A stretch of 64,000 bases of DNA from a virus. This document shows positions 18,806-28,130 of the stretch, piece after piece. Position 1 is the first letter of the stretch. The number at the start of each line of letters is the position of its first letter. The notes beneath the pieces were generated by a model. It was not told the origin of the DNA and ran no database searches. It saw only the letters and a list, made by a program, of their open reading frames with translations. Location of the stretch: the IMG/VR virus record IMGVR_UViG_3300020469_004256, positions 5,590-69,589 of that record; one strand, written 5' to 3'. Position numbers and translations under genes: made by a program.

Positions 18806-20586
18806 TATCTTTCATTTCCTATTGCTATTCTATCTGTTGGTTTAATACGTGCATCAGTTCCATACATACTCATATCAAATTCTTTTTTCCATTGTGCTAC
18901 ATCGTATTTAACCAAATCGTGTGGAAATACTTTTGACAGATCTTCTATAAATTGATTTTGATTATGCCAAAACTGATATATTTCATCCGATCTTAAACAT
19001 CTTGAAAAATACAAATAAGTTGCTAGATCTTTGACTTCTGTTCTTGGTTCATCTTTAAATATGTTTTTAATTATTTGTCTATTCTTTTCTACTAATTTTG
19101 TCATTAAAGGCATTTGATCTAAATGTTTATAAAACCATTTGGCTTGAAATTGTATATCATGCTGTGTATCATATAAGGTTTTCATTGTATGACTTAATGC
19201 TCTTGAATTATGAAAGTTATGATAAAACCACCAGTAGTCAAACATACGAACTATCTCATCCTCGTCATATGAAAAACATCTATGCATTATTTCTATTTCT
19301 TCAAACTCATATGTGCTACGTTCATCTCTATACTCTGGATGTTGATGCAACTGTTTGTATCCTAGTCCTGAAAATGAATAAGGAAATGCAAGTATCTTTG
19401 ATTTAACTTTGTATTCTTTTTGAAACTTTTCTGTGTATAGCTCTGTATTAGGCACAAGATTTAAAAAATATGAACGCATGAAATCAATGCCAAGCTCATA
19501 GTCTTTATCTAATGAGTACAACCAACTGTCTGCTGTTTCGCCAGGCAAAGCAATAATCATTTCTGATGTTACTGGTAATCCTTTTGATTTAAAACTATCA
19601 ATCAAAGGTAATAGTTTGTCATTATTGATATTTGCTCTATTAATAACTTTTAACGTTTCTTTTGCGTGTGTTTGAAAACTTACTTTAAGGTTACGTTGAT
19701 CAGCATCTAAATTGTTGTGTATGATATCAATAATCTCTGGCAACCATTTACTACCATTCTTTGCAAGTCCTGAATATGATATCTTAGGATTGTTGCCTGT
19801 TGCTTCTTTGTTTGCTTTCATTTTTTTAACAACATCTAAATCTCTTGGTAGCATACCAAAGTTAGCATCAAGTATTTCTACTTCTGCTATGTTGGTATGT
19901 TTATATATAAAGTCTAACTGTTCATTTACAGGATTCATATCAAACTTTGTAACTTTTGATCTTGCTTGTCCACCCCAGTCACAAAAAGCACATTTAAAAG
20001 GACAACCACGATTGGTTTCAAATGATGCTTTGACTCTTTTTTCTTCAGCAAGTATGGAATCAAATACTCCATCTAAGTATGGTGTAGGCATTTCATGAGT
20101 TTCAATTTGATACAGTTTACGTCCTACTTCTACATTATTCCAACCTCTGCCAAAACTACCATCGTGTACACTCATAGGAGCATCAATATTTTGTAAGAAG
20201 TTGCTGACTAATTTCTCACCTGGGCCTACCCAAAATATATCTATGTAAGGATGTTCACGAGCAAACTTTTCTGCAAGTTTAGGGTCTTCAGGCACATTAG
20301 GTCCACCATACATGGTGATACCATTTGGATTAACATCTTTATAATGACTCATCATCTGATCATTGTATGCTTGATTCCAAACATAACAAGTAAGACCAAA
20401 TACATCTATGTTTTTAAATTTTTCTGTGTATTCTTCTACAGGTTTATATTTGTACAAAGGTTCATTAAACTTATATTGTGATTTAATTGCTGGTATCTTG
20501 TTACAGTAACTTATAAGGCATGCCGCCGCATATGGTAACCATGTTTCGTGTATGACTGATATTGTTCCTAATTGTACAGTTTTCAT
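18805..20586 (-). CDS. cobalamin-binding radical SAM enzyme (class B methyltransferase-like)
   Basis: N-terminal B12-binding Rossmann domain (GLTCYVWN, YGGPN, GPGE); ETNRGCPFKCAFCDWG, DANFG, ALPGET. Confidence 0.92.
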   Translation of the reverse strand: MKTVQLGTISVIHETWLPYAAACLISYCNKIPAIKSQYKFNEPLYKYKPVEEYTEKFKNIDVFGLTCYVWNQAYNDQMMSHYKDVNPNGITMYGGPNVPEDPKLAEKFAREHPYIDIFWVGPGEKLVSNFLQNIDAPMSVHDGSFGRGWNNVEVGRKLYQIETHEMPTPYLDGVFDSILAEEKRVKASFETNRGCPFKCAFCDWGGQARSKVTKFDMNPVNEQLDFIYKHTNIAEVEILDANFGMLPRDLDVVKKMKANKEATGNNPKISYSGLAKNGSKWLPEIIDIIHNNLDADQRNLKVSFQTHAKETLKVINRANINNDKLLPLIDSFKSKGLPVTSEMIIALPGETADSWLYSLDKDYELGIDFMRSYFLNLVPNTELYTEKFQKEYKVKSKILAFPYSFSGLGYKQLHQHPEYRDERSTYEFEEIEIMHRCFSYDEDEIVRMFDYWWFYHNFHNSRALSHTMKTLYDTQHDIQFQAKWFYKHLDQMPLMTKLVEKNRQIIKNIFKDEPRTEVKDLATYLYFSRCLRSDEIYQFWHNQNQFIEDLSKVFPHDLVKYDVAQWKKEFDMSMYGTDARIKPTDRIAIGNER

Positions 20587-21185
20587 AATACATCTTCCAC
20601 ATTATCTATAGTACCGTCATGCTTGTGCCATATCACTGCTTGAGTTGGTTTCCATACATAATCTAGATCAATGTAATAACTGTAAACAAATTGTATCATA
20701 TCAGACTTTGGCGAGTCATGAAAAACCAATTCAGTTTCAAGTTTCATTTTCTTATAGTCTTCATCTTCAAACCAACTGTTGTCTCCACCTATGTATTTTC
20801 TTTTGTGCTGATATAATTTGTTTAATGCTTTGTCTTTAACATCATGTGTTATGTAATAATGTTTAAACCCTTGTTCTCTTGCCCATGCCATTTGCTGTTT
20901 CATCATTTTAAATCCATAGCGACCATGTCTGTGTTTTTTGAGAATATGATATCTGCATATCCTAATTGACTCTGGTGTGCCTGTGATAAAACTTCTTTCA
21001 GCATAACTAACACTTGCAACTTCTCCGTCAACAACTGCTAACCATAAACTACTTTTAGGATCTAAGTCATCAACATTAAACTTGTTTTTATCATATGTGC
21101 CAGCACTTTCTTCTTTGATAGCCTGAGCTATAAACTCTTGAACCAATACTTTGTATGCTGGTGTGTACTGTACAATCTTTTCCAT
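20583..21185 (-). CDS. GNAT-family acyltransferase-like protein
   Basis: RYHILKKHRHGRYG acyl-CoA loop; WAREQGFK. Confidence 0.7.
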   Translation of the reverse strand: MEKIVQYTPAYKVLVQEFIAQAIKEESAGTYDKNKFNVDDLDPKSSLWLAVVDGEVASVSYAERSFITGTPESIRICRYHILKKHRHGRYGFKMMKQQMAWAREQGFKHYYITHDVKDKALNKLYQHKRKYIGGDNSWFEDEDYKKMKLETELVFHDSPKSDMIQFVYSYYIDLDYVWKPTQAVIWHKHDGTIDNVEDVL

Positions 21186-23042
21186 TTAGAATTTTAATTT
21201 CCATCCTAGTGTTATGTTTCTACCACCTTGATTATAACCGTCTGGTCGTTCATATTGATCATCTGTTAAGTTTTTTACATTTAGTGTGATTTCAGAATCT
21301 TGCGTTAAGTAATAACCTGCTGTAAGATCTGCTGTGGTTCTTTCCTTAACAGTAATAGTTGACCAATTGACTGAGTCAGTATCTCTGTGATCGCCATAAT
21401 ATAATATACTAGGTGATATATAATAGTTATCTTTAGCATAAGTTACACCAGATTTCCAAGTAGTATGAGGTCTACGTTTTAGCCAAGTACCTGATGAGTC
21501 TTGTGCTGATGTTAGTGCTACGTTATTTACAAAACTAAAATTACCAACATAGTAAGTAAAGTCAATATCTGCACCTTTCATATTAGATGTTCCAGTACTG
21601 TCATTATTGTACGTTGAATTAGAGTATGTAATCATGTCTTTTATATCTGTTGAATAAAATGCAATGTCAAATTTATGTGATTTACTGTTATTACTATAAC
21701 CAATTTCTTTACTTACTGACGTTTCTGGTTTAAGATTTACGTTACCTGTGTAACCATAGTTGTCTGCACCATATAGTTCATATAGTGTTGGTGACTTGTA
21801 TCCTGTTGATTGACTTATACGAAAACCATTGTATGCCGCTCCAACTGAATATGTTGATTGTCCATTAGCAATAGAATGTTCGTCATGCCTTAATCCACCT
21901 GATAGTATAAAATTGTTACTTATTGAATAATCAAAGTTATGATATACTCCAACAACTGATGCTGACTTATCAACAGTTGAATTGTAACTACCAGTGTTGT
22001 TAAAATCTACATCAAATTCAGTTACATCTACACCTGTTTTAGTTGATGCTTGATCTGTATTTGTTAACCAATCTAATGATCCGTGTGTGGCAACAGAGTC
22101 ATAGTTGTCTATTTCTGTGCCGTTTACGTATTGTCTATCCCAAACGGTATGATCAATAACTGTTTTTATTTTGCCATACTCAACATCAGTTATTGTTTGT
22201 ACTTGCCCAAAATAAAACTTTGTTTCATTAGTGTAATCCAAATCATCTGCACCTGAGGCATCAATGTCTGCATTGGTTGTATTTGTTACACCTGTAAATT
22301 TTATTTGTGTATCATCTAAGTTTACCACATGTCCAACATTAAATCCTAGTACATCATACCCATCTGGCTCAGTACCTTGTGGGTACACGGATATACCATC
22401 TGAATTTTCTGTGTATATACCAAAAGTAAAAAAGTCTTTACCATATGTGTATGACATTGTGTTTGTATTGTTTGATCCTTTGGCTATTGATATTTCATTT
22501 TGTTTATAGTCTGATGTTTGTATATCAACAACCCCTCCTACTGCGTTTGCACCATAGTTGGTACTCATTGGACCTGTATACAAGTGTAGCCCATCTGCAA
22601 AGTGTATGTTGATATTGTTTAAATCTGTAGCACCATTTGTGGTTGAATAATCTGTTATTGCTGATCCATTAATTGTTACCAGTGTGTGATTTGAGTTTGT
22701 TCCTCTTGTAAACAATGATGTTTGTTGTCCTGCTGGGCCTGATCTAACTGCATTAAAATTTGGTGCATCTTCTAATGCTTCTGATAATATTGCAGATCCT
22801 TCTTTCTTTTCATCGTCTAACCAAATGTATTCATTTGTGTATATTTGATCTGCTTTTTGTGATGTTGTCATAGTATGAAAAACCGGAATAGTGATCACCA
22901 ATGAATCACATACTATTGTTTCGTCTTTCATTTCTTCCCAATAGCACTCTTGTGCTTTGGCGGATTTAATTAAAAATGCCACAAGTACAATAACAAGAAT
23001 TATTATACCTGTACCGATATTTCTTTTTTGTTCACTGTTCAT
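21186..23042 (-). CDS. TonB-dependent outer-membrane receptor, BtuB-like
   Basis: Signal peptide ending AKA; plug motifs SLFTRGTNSNHTLVTING and YGANAVGGVV; LKPETS; NLTD..Y; terminal Phe; adjacent to btuM-like gene. Confidence 0.9.
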   Translation of the reverse strand: MNSEQKRNIGTGIIILVIVLVAFLIKSAKAQECYWEEMKDETIVCDSLVITIPVFHTMTTSQKADQIYTNEYIWLDDEKKEGSAILSEALEDAPNFNAVRSGPAGQQTSLFTRGTNSNHTLVTINGSAITDYSTTNGATDLNNINIHFADGLHLYTGPMSTNYGANAVGGVVDIQTSDYKQNEISIAKGSNNTNTMSYTYGKDFFTFGIYTENSDGISVYPQGTEPDGYDVLGFNVGHVVNLDDTQIKFTGVTNTTNADIDASGADDLDYTNETKFYFGQVQTITDVEYGKIKTVIDHTVWDRQYVNGTEIDNYDSVATHGSLDWLTNTDQASTKTGVDVTEFDVDFNNTGSYNSTVDKSASVVGVYHNFDYSISNNFILSGGLRHDEHSIANGQSTYSVGAAYNGFRISQSTGYKSPTLYELYGADNYGYTGNVNLKPETSVSKEIGYSNNSKSHKFDIAFYSTDIKDMITYSNSTYNNDSTGTSNMKGADIDFTYYVGNFSFVNNVALTSAQDSSGTWLKRRPHTTWKSGVTYAKDNYYISPSILYYGDHRDTDSVNWSTITVKERTTADLTAGYYLTQDSEITLNVKNLTDDQYERPDGYNQGGRNITLGWKLKF

Positions 23043-23568
23043 GAATGCCTTTCCTATTAACTACTATTAAGTAGATGTTGTGTAAAGGTCGAGACAATGC
23101 TACAGTCAATGATGCCATCAAGGCAGTATAAACAACTGTGCCTAACAGTGTATTTTGGAAAAATGGTATTGCCATTGTGTAACACATTATCAATCCTTCT
23201 AATGTGTTAGGATAGTAGTCCCACATAATCCATACTGCAAAATTTGTTACTATGAAAAACAATACTGATGATATCAGCGTCATTGTTGCTAAAGGCAAGT
23301 ACTTTCCAAACTGCATAGCCCATCTGCTGATAACTGTGGACATTGCTATTGATCCATAAACCCAAAGCATATAAGGATGAAACCCTATAAACACATCTCC
23401 AATAAACATTGCCATTAATGGTACTGCTATTGCTATCCAACGATCGTTAACGATGTATGGTGCAAATATAGCCGCGGCCAATATTGGTGTAAAGTTTGGT
23501 GGATGTGGTATGAGTCTACCTATGGCAAGAATGCCAGAAATATATAAAAATGATAGTATAATCTTCAT
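23032..23568 (-). CDS. btuM: BtuM-like (DUF6580) cobalamin transporter, solitary ECF S-component
   Basis: RLIPHPPNFTP, FFIVTNFAVW, CYTMAIPFF; about 6 TM segments. Confidence 0.8.
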   Translation of the reverse strand: MKIILSFLYISGILAIGRLIPHPPNFTPILAAAIFAPYIVNDRWIAIAVPLMAMFIGDVFIGFHPYMLWVYGSIAMSTVISRWAMQFGKYLPLATMTLISSVLFFIVTNFAVWIMWDYYPNTLEGLIMCYTMAIPFFQNTLLGTVVYTALMASLTVALSRPLHNIYLIVVNRKGIHEQ

Positions 23569-23647
23569 AATAGTATTACCCCAACCTCTATTGTTAAATA
23601 CGGTAAATTGTAATACTATTTATAACATACTTTCCAAAATGTGTCAA
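23569..23647 (-). promoter_or_regulatory. TTGACA-17-TATAAA promoter overlapping late TATAAATA, plus an 11-bp inverted repeat abutting the btuM start codon
   Basis: TTGACA 23647-23642; TATAAATA 23624-23617; arms 23610-23620 and 23569-23579. Confidence 0.7.
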
Positions 23648-23657
23648 GTATTGTTGT

Positions 23658-24395
23658 TTATTTTACAGTTTCAAGTGTTGCTATATCTTCTTGCGTTGGA
23701 AGTGAAAACATTAATGCTATTCTGTCTTCTGTGCCTCTGTGTTCAACAGAGTGTTTTAGGCCAACATTTAAGAAATATGCAGATCCATCTGATGGCATTT
23801 GATATTCTTCTTCAACACCTCTGCGCCATACTTTATTGTACACACCTTCTGTTCCTTGGATAGGAACAATAACTCTTACTGCATAATCAGGAGCATAATC
23901 AATATGTGGTGTAAGATATTTGCCTGCTCTGATTCTTGAAAGTCTAACTCTAATTGGTGTTGAATTAAATTGTTCTTCAATTGCTTCTTTTACATAAGAA
24001 TCTTGATAAATTGGAAGTGGATGATACCAATTGTGTTCGTTCATTGGTGCTGGTAATCCTTCCATTCTACGAATTTTTGTTCTGTATTTTTGTGTTTTTG
24101 ATTTACCTAACGATTCACTGTTTGCTGTAATTTTGCATTCTTTTCTTAATTCTGTTAAATCTAATACATCATTTAATGAATTTTCGTAATATGTTAAATT
24201 AATTTGATCAAAGTGATGATAGTTGTCTGATGCTAAATCTTCATGTACTGCACACAAACCTCTATTGGCCTGATAAACATTTACCCATTCTTCATTTAAA
24301 CGTGTTACTTCCTGTCTAAGTTTTTCAATGTCAAACTTAATTCCAGGAATTGGTGCTACACTCGGTAGTTGATATTTTGTTCTTGTTTGTATCAT
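23658..24395 (-). CDS. Asp/Asn beta-hydroxylase-like Fe/2OG oxygenase
   Basis: RVRLSRI..GKYLTPHID ... LKHSVEH...DRIALMF. Confidence 0.8.
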   Translation of the reverse strand: MIQTRTKYQLPSVAPIPGIKFDIEKLRQEVTRLNEEWVNVYQANRGLCAVHEDLASDNYHHFDQINLTYYENSLNDVLDLTELRKECKITANSESLGKSKTQKYRTKIRRMEGLPAPMNEHNWYHPLPIYQDSYVKEAIEEQFNSTPIRVRLSRIRAGKYLTPHIDYAPDYAVRVIVPIQGTEGVYNKVWRRGVEEEYQMPSDGSAYFLNVGLKHSVEHRGTEDRIALMFSLPTQEDIATLETVK

Positions 24396-24443
24396 TTGCT
24401 TTTCCTCAAATATTATTATATACTTATTGTTTCAATATTACAA

Positions 24444-25160
24444 TCACTTTTTTAATAAAGGAACAACATATTTTCCGCCTACATCCCAAGGGCCTAGTAC
24501 CAATCTACTCACATCATCATGATGATTGTCATGATATCCTTCACCCCACATAATCATATTACTAACAAAATCAATTGTTGTTGGCTCAGCTTCTTTGCCA
24601 TTGTGTCCAAAATAATTTAAGTATGTTAAGAAAAACCATGCGTGAGTAAAATTAAATGCCATCCATACAACTAACCAAGGATTGATCAAAGCATGAAGTA
24701 TTACTGCTCCTGTGTATAGTTTCCAGTAATGTTTGGTTGTGAACACTGCATCTCGTTGTCTTAAAAATTTTCTCATTGGAATAGCACCACTTGGAGTTCT
24801 GTATCTGCCCAACAACATACGCCACCATCCCAGATCTTTTGGAGAGTGTGTGTCTAATTCTGTGTCAGTATACTTGTGATGATTTAAGTGTGCAACAACA
24901 TTATGTCCTGGTGGACCAACTGCACTTATTACTGTTGATGCTAATAATATTTTTCTGCCAACCCAACTTGGCTCAAACTGGTAATGACATAGCCACCTAT
25001 GGTAACATATCTGAGCAAGATTGTTTGTGATGTGTCCTGCTATTGTAAAAATTAATGCAAGTTCCCATGAACCTCCCATAATAAAATATGCTGGAATACC
25101 AATTACTGCAACGATAAACATCACAACAATTTTTAATGTTACCCAATCAATATACTTCAT
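24444..25160 (-). CDS. membrane fatty-acid desaturase (divergent delta-9 type)
   Basis: His boxes HRWLCH, HLNHH, GEGYHDNHH; DTHSP. Confidence 0.9.
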   Translation of the reverse strand: MKYIDWVTLKIVVMFIVAVIGIPAYFIMGGSWELALIFTIAGHITNNLAQICYHRWLCHYQFEPSWVGRKILLASTVISAVGPPGHNVVAHLNHHKYTDTELDTHSPKDLGWWRMLLGRYRTPSGAIPMRKFLRQRDAVFTTKHYWKLYTGAVILHALINPWLVVWMAFNFTHAWFFLTYLNYFGHNGKEAEPTTIDFVSNMIMWGEGYHDNHHDDVSRLVLGPWDVGGKYVVPLLKK

Positions 25161-25164
25161 ATCA

Positions 25165-25959
25165 CTAATCTTTCAACATTGATGCTTTGATTGGTCTTGA
25201 CATTTTAAGTTTTTTTGGTTCAAGTTCTAACAATTTAATAAACCAACCGCCTACATCAAACTCCCACCATTTGTGTTTGAAACTAGGATTTTTAGGATTG
25301 GCATGGTGGTTGTTATGCCATCCTTCACCCCACATTAATATACCAAGTGCTGGAATATTTCTTGAGTTATCAGTTGTTTCAAAGTTTCGATATCCAAACA
25401 TATGAGTCAATGTGTTAATAAAAGATCCTGCGTTCCATAAAACCATTGCAGGAAATAGATAGGCCGCTACTAACAACATTGGATCAATCCATAACCATAT
25501 GCCTGCTATAGTACCATGGATTAAAAAATACCATCTATGAGCAAACGCATGAAAATTATCTCTAATCAAATGCAAAGCATATTTTGGACTAGGTGTTTCA
25601 AACATACTCAACCATTGTACTTTTAAAAATCCTTTGTAGTTTGGCGAGTGTGGATCATCTTCTTTATCTGTATGCACATGATGTTCTCGGTGTATTGCTA
25701 CCCAACCAATTGTTGATCCTGTTAGTCCATACATTCCTGCCATTGAACCAAAGTAATGAAACCATTTAGGTGCATTCCAACTCCTGTGTGATAAAAGCCT
25801 ATGGAAAGTCATAGTCATTCCAAAACATCCTGTAATGAAATATACAAAGAATCCTATTAGCCAATGATACCAATGTCCATACACAATCATTGGAATTATG
25901 CTTAGATGTGCTATAACTTGGCTAAAAAATAATGCCCATTTAAAATAATTTTGTTTCAT
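25165..25959 (-). CDS. membrane fatty-acid desaturase (DesC/OLE1-like delta-9)
   Basis: HRLLSH, HREHH, DDPHSP, GEGWHNNHH, WWEFD. Confidence 0.95.
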   Translation of the reverse strand: MKQNYFKWALFFSQVIAHLSIIPMIVYGHWYHWLIGFFVYFITGCFGMTMTFHRLLSHRSWNAPKWFHYFGSMAGMYGLTGSTIGWVAIHREHHVHTDKEDDPHSPNYKGFLKVQWLSMFETPSPKYALHLIRDNFHAFAHRWYFLIHGTIAGIWLWIDPMLLVAAYLFPAMVLWNAGSFINTLTHMFGYRNFETTDNSRNIPALGILMWGEGWHNNHHANPKNPSFKHKWWEFDVGGWFIKLLELEPKKLKMSRPIKASMLKD

Positions 25960-26059
25960 AACTTTATTATATACTCTTTATGTTAAATTTTAAACTAAAA
26001 ATATAATAGTATTTATCTGAATATTTGTCAATAATATTAAGTTATATTATAATATTTTT

Positions 26060-26401
26060 TTAGTTGTTCTTTTTAAATGTGTTGTTAAACATACGATGTA
26101 CGTTTTTGTGAACAGCATGTTCTAATGAATCCATATCTATATAAATTTCCATGTTTACAATATCATGATAATTTTGAGCAATTTTTTCCCAATCTACTTG
26201 TCCTTTTACCGGAATAGTATTGTAAATATCATCACTGGTCATTATGCTCGTTGATCCGTCTCTGTGAAATAATTTAATTTTATCAACAAAATTTGCTGGT
26301 ATTTTTTTTGGATGTATTTCATGCATGATACGATCAAACTCCGTGTGGTCTTGTTCGCTTTGTGCTGGAATAAATTTTCTATTTGGATTCTGCTCTGTCA
26401 T
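26060..26401 (-). CDS. hypothetical phage protein
   Basis: ORF track; upstream late-promoter-like element. Confidence 0.75.
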   Translation of the reverse strand: MTEQNPNRKFIPAQSEQDHTEFDRIMHEIHPKKIPANFVDKIKLFHRDGSTSIMTSDDIYNTIPVKGQVDWEKIAQNYHDIVNMEIYIDMDSLEHAVHKNVHRMFNNTFKKNN

Positions 26402-26445
26402 AAAAAAACCTGCCTATGTACTAGTATTTATCACAGACAGGTTTT
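26402..26445 (-). terminator. 14-bp hairpin with U-tract; late-promoter core GATAAATA lies in its loop
   Basis: AAAACCUGUCUGUG-AUAAAUACUAGUA-CAUAGGCAGGUUUU-UUU-AUG. Confidence 0.7.
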
Positions 26446-26451
26446 AAAACT

Positions 26452-27078
26452 TTATGCTGTTGGTTCAGCGGCAGTTTCCTTTTTAGGTCTGCCTCTTGGT
26501 CTTTTTGGCTCAGCAAAAACAGGTTCTTTACCTAATTTTTTCTGTATGCCTGGGGACACTGCTTCTGCTTCTGCACGTTTTTTGTGTGCATCTGCTTCTA
26601 ACATTTCTGCTTGAATCAACAAGTTTCTTGCAATACCAACTTGATTAGTTTCATCGTTTGGCTGTTGCATTTCACCTGCCTTAGTTGATGAATCTGGTGT
26701 TGCCGGTATAGCCGGATCTTGTTTATTTTCGCTAACCATATTTTGATATGCATTAAACTCTTTCAAAGGAAGAGATTCAGACGTTGACGGAATTAATGTC
26801 ACTGTGTCTACTGGTACTCTTCTTAGGAATCCTTTTTCATGCAGTGTGGTTAGAATGTTTCTACCATCCCAAAACAATTTTCTACCTAGCACTTCAAATA
26901 ATTTATTTGATGCTTGACCTTCTGGTGATTCAACTGCCTGCATTAATCCATCATGATATTTTGATTCTAATGCATCTACGTCTACTACCAAACAATTGTC
27001 TTGATCTTCTGGTATCGATGGAAATACAACTACGACACGTCTGCCTGTTGAGTCCACTTTACCTGTGTGTTTTATCAT
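26452..27078 (-). CDS. conserved large-phage hypothetical protein with C-terminal AT-hook
   Basis: C-terminal PKRPRGRPKK; GGAG RBS. Confidence 0.8.
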   Translation of the reverse strand: MIKHTGKVDSTGRRVVVVFPSIPEDQDNCLVVDVDALESKYHDGLMQAVESPEGQASNKLFEVLGRKLFWDGRNILTTLHEKGFLRRVPVDTVTLIPSTSESLPLKEFNAYQNMVSENKQDPAIPATPDSSTKAGEMQQPNDETNQVGIARNLLIQAEMLEADAHKKRAEAEAVSPGIQKKLGKEPVFAEPKRPRGRPKKETAAEPTA

Positions 27079-27101
27079 TGTTATTGTTCTCCTAATTGCA
27101 A

Positions 27102-27452
27102 TTATTTTTGTTCCGGTTGAGCCGGTTGCTCAGGTTGTGCATCACTAACCTTACTATCATCAACTGCACCGCCTTCTGCTTCTTTTTGTGCTTCTGCTTG
27201 TGCCTTTTGTTGATTGGAAACGTGTTGTAAAAACTTTGTAAGTTTATCCGCAACGCCACCTACGTTAGTAAGTTCATTAGCTCTGAACGCCCCTCTTGAA
27301 CTTGCTACGTCAATTACATTCAGCAATGCTTGTAAGTCAGCAATAGAAAGTTGTGGTGGTGTTGCCTCTGTTTGAGGTGCCGCCGCAGTTTCTGGAGCCG
27401 CTGTTGCTGTTGCTGTTTGAGTAGCCTGTTGTTGTGCTTGTTCTTCAGCCAT
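27102..27452 (-). CDS. hypothetical phage protein (helical core, low-complexity ends)
   Basis: LSIADL..VIDVASSRGAFRANEL core; AAGGAG RBS. Confidence 0.8.
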   Translation of the reverse strand: MAEEQAQQQATQTATATAAPETAAAPQTEATPPQLSIADLQALLNVIDVASSRGAFRANELTNVGGVADKLTKFLQHVSNQQKAQAEAQKEAEGGAVDDSKVSDAQPEQPAQPEQK

Positions 27453-27518
27453 AATATATTCTCCTTAATTAAGTTTTATTATTATAGTATACTTTTATAT
27501 TTATCGTCAACCTTTTTT

Positions 27519-28064
27519 TTATGCTATTTTGACAAGATTTTGATCCCAGTTAAGATAGGTTGTCCAACTGTGATGAGGGACAATCAAAGGAAACTGTGAT
27601 CGTTTGTTGGCCAATTCCCAATAGTCTGGTTTGTACGGCATTTGTTTTGGCCTAATGTCTCTACTGCCTTTTTCAACATTGCAGGTCATACATGATGTAA
27701 CAATGTTTTCCCAATGTGAGTGGCCACCTGCTGATCTTGGTACAACATGATCAAGAGTAAGGTCTTTCCAATTGTTTTGTTCATATTCACATCCACAATA
27801 TTGGCAAGTGAACAAATCTCTTAGATAAACATTGTTTCTTGAAAATCTTGGATGCCTTGCTAGATTAATGTACTGTTTAGACATCAATACACTTGGCACT
27901 TTCATTTCTGTAGAAGGGCTGTGTATAACCCAATTATCATAGTTTTCAAGTATTTTAAACTTGTCTAGCCATATAAGTTTAATAGAAAGATGCCAATTAA
28001 CCGTGCTTAACGGCAATAAACTTAAAGGATTTCCATCTGCGTTTAGTACTAGAGTATCAGACAT
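27519..28064 (-). CDS. HNH endonuclease (McrA-like)
   Basis: RDLFTCQYCG, LTLDHVVPRSAGG, WENIVTSCMTCNVEKG. Confidence 0.93.
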   Translation of the reverse strand: MSDTLVLNADGNPLSLLPLSTVNWHLSIKLIWLDKFKILENYDNWVIHSPSTEMKVPSVLMSKQYINLARHPRFSRNNVYLRDLFTCQYCGCEYEQNNWKDLTLDHVVPRSAGGHSHWENIVTSCMTCNVEKGSRDIRPKQMPYKPDYWELANKRSQFPLIVPHHSWTTYLNWDQNLVKIA

Positions 28065-28130
28065 TATTTTTTATTCCATTATTATTTAGTTGGTGTTTAA
28101 TATACAATAAAAGACACGATAAATATTAGT

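Noticed and set aside
23569-23657. Cobalamin riboswitch upstream of btuM/btuB
   Set aside because: Only about 90 AT-rich nt, with no GGGAA/GCCACUG B12-box elements; the space is explained by the promoter and hairpin.
27519-28064. HNH gene as a mobile homing endonuclease
   Set aside because: No intron context or NUMOD/AP2 DNA-binding domain; it resembles the stand-alone McrA-like family.
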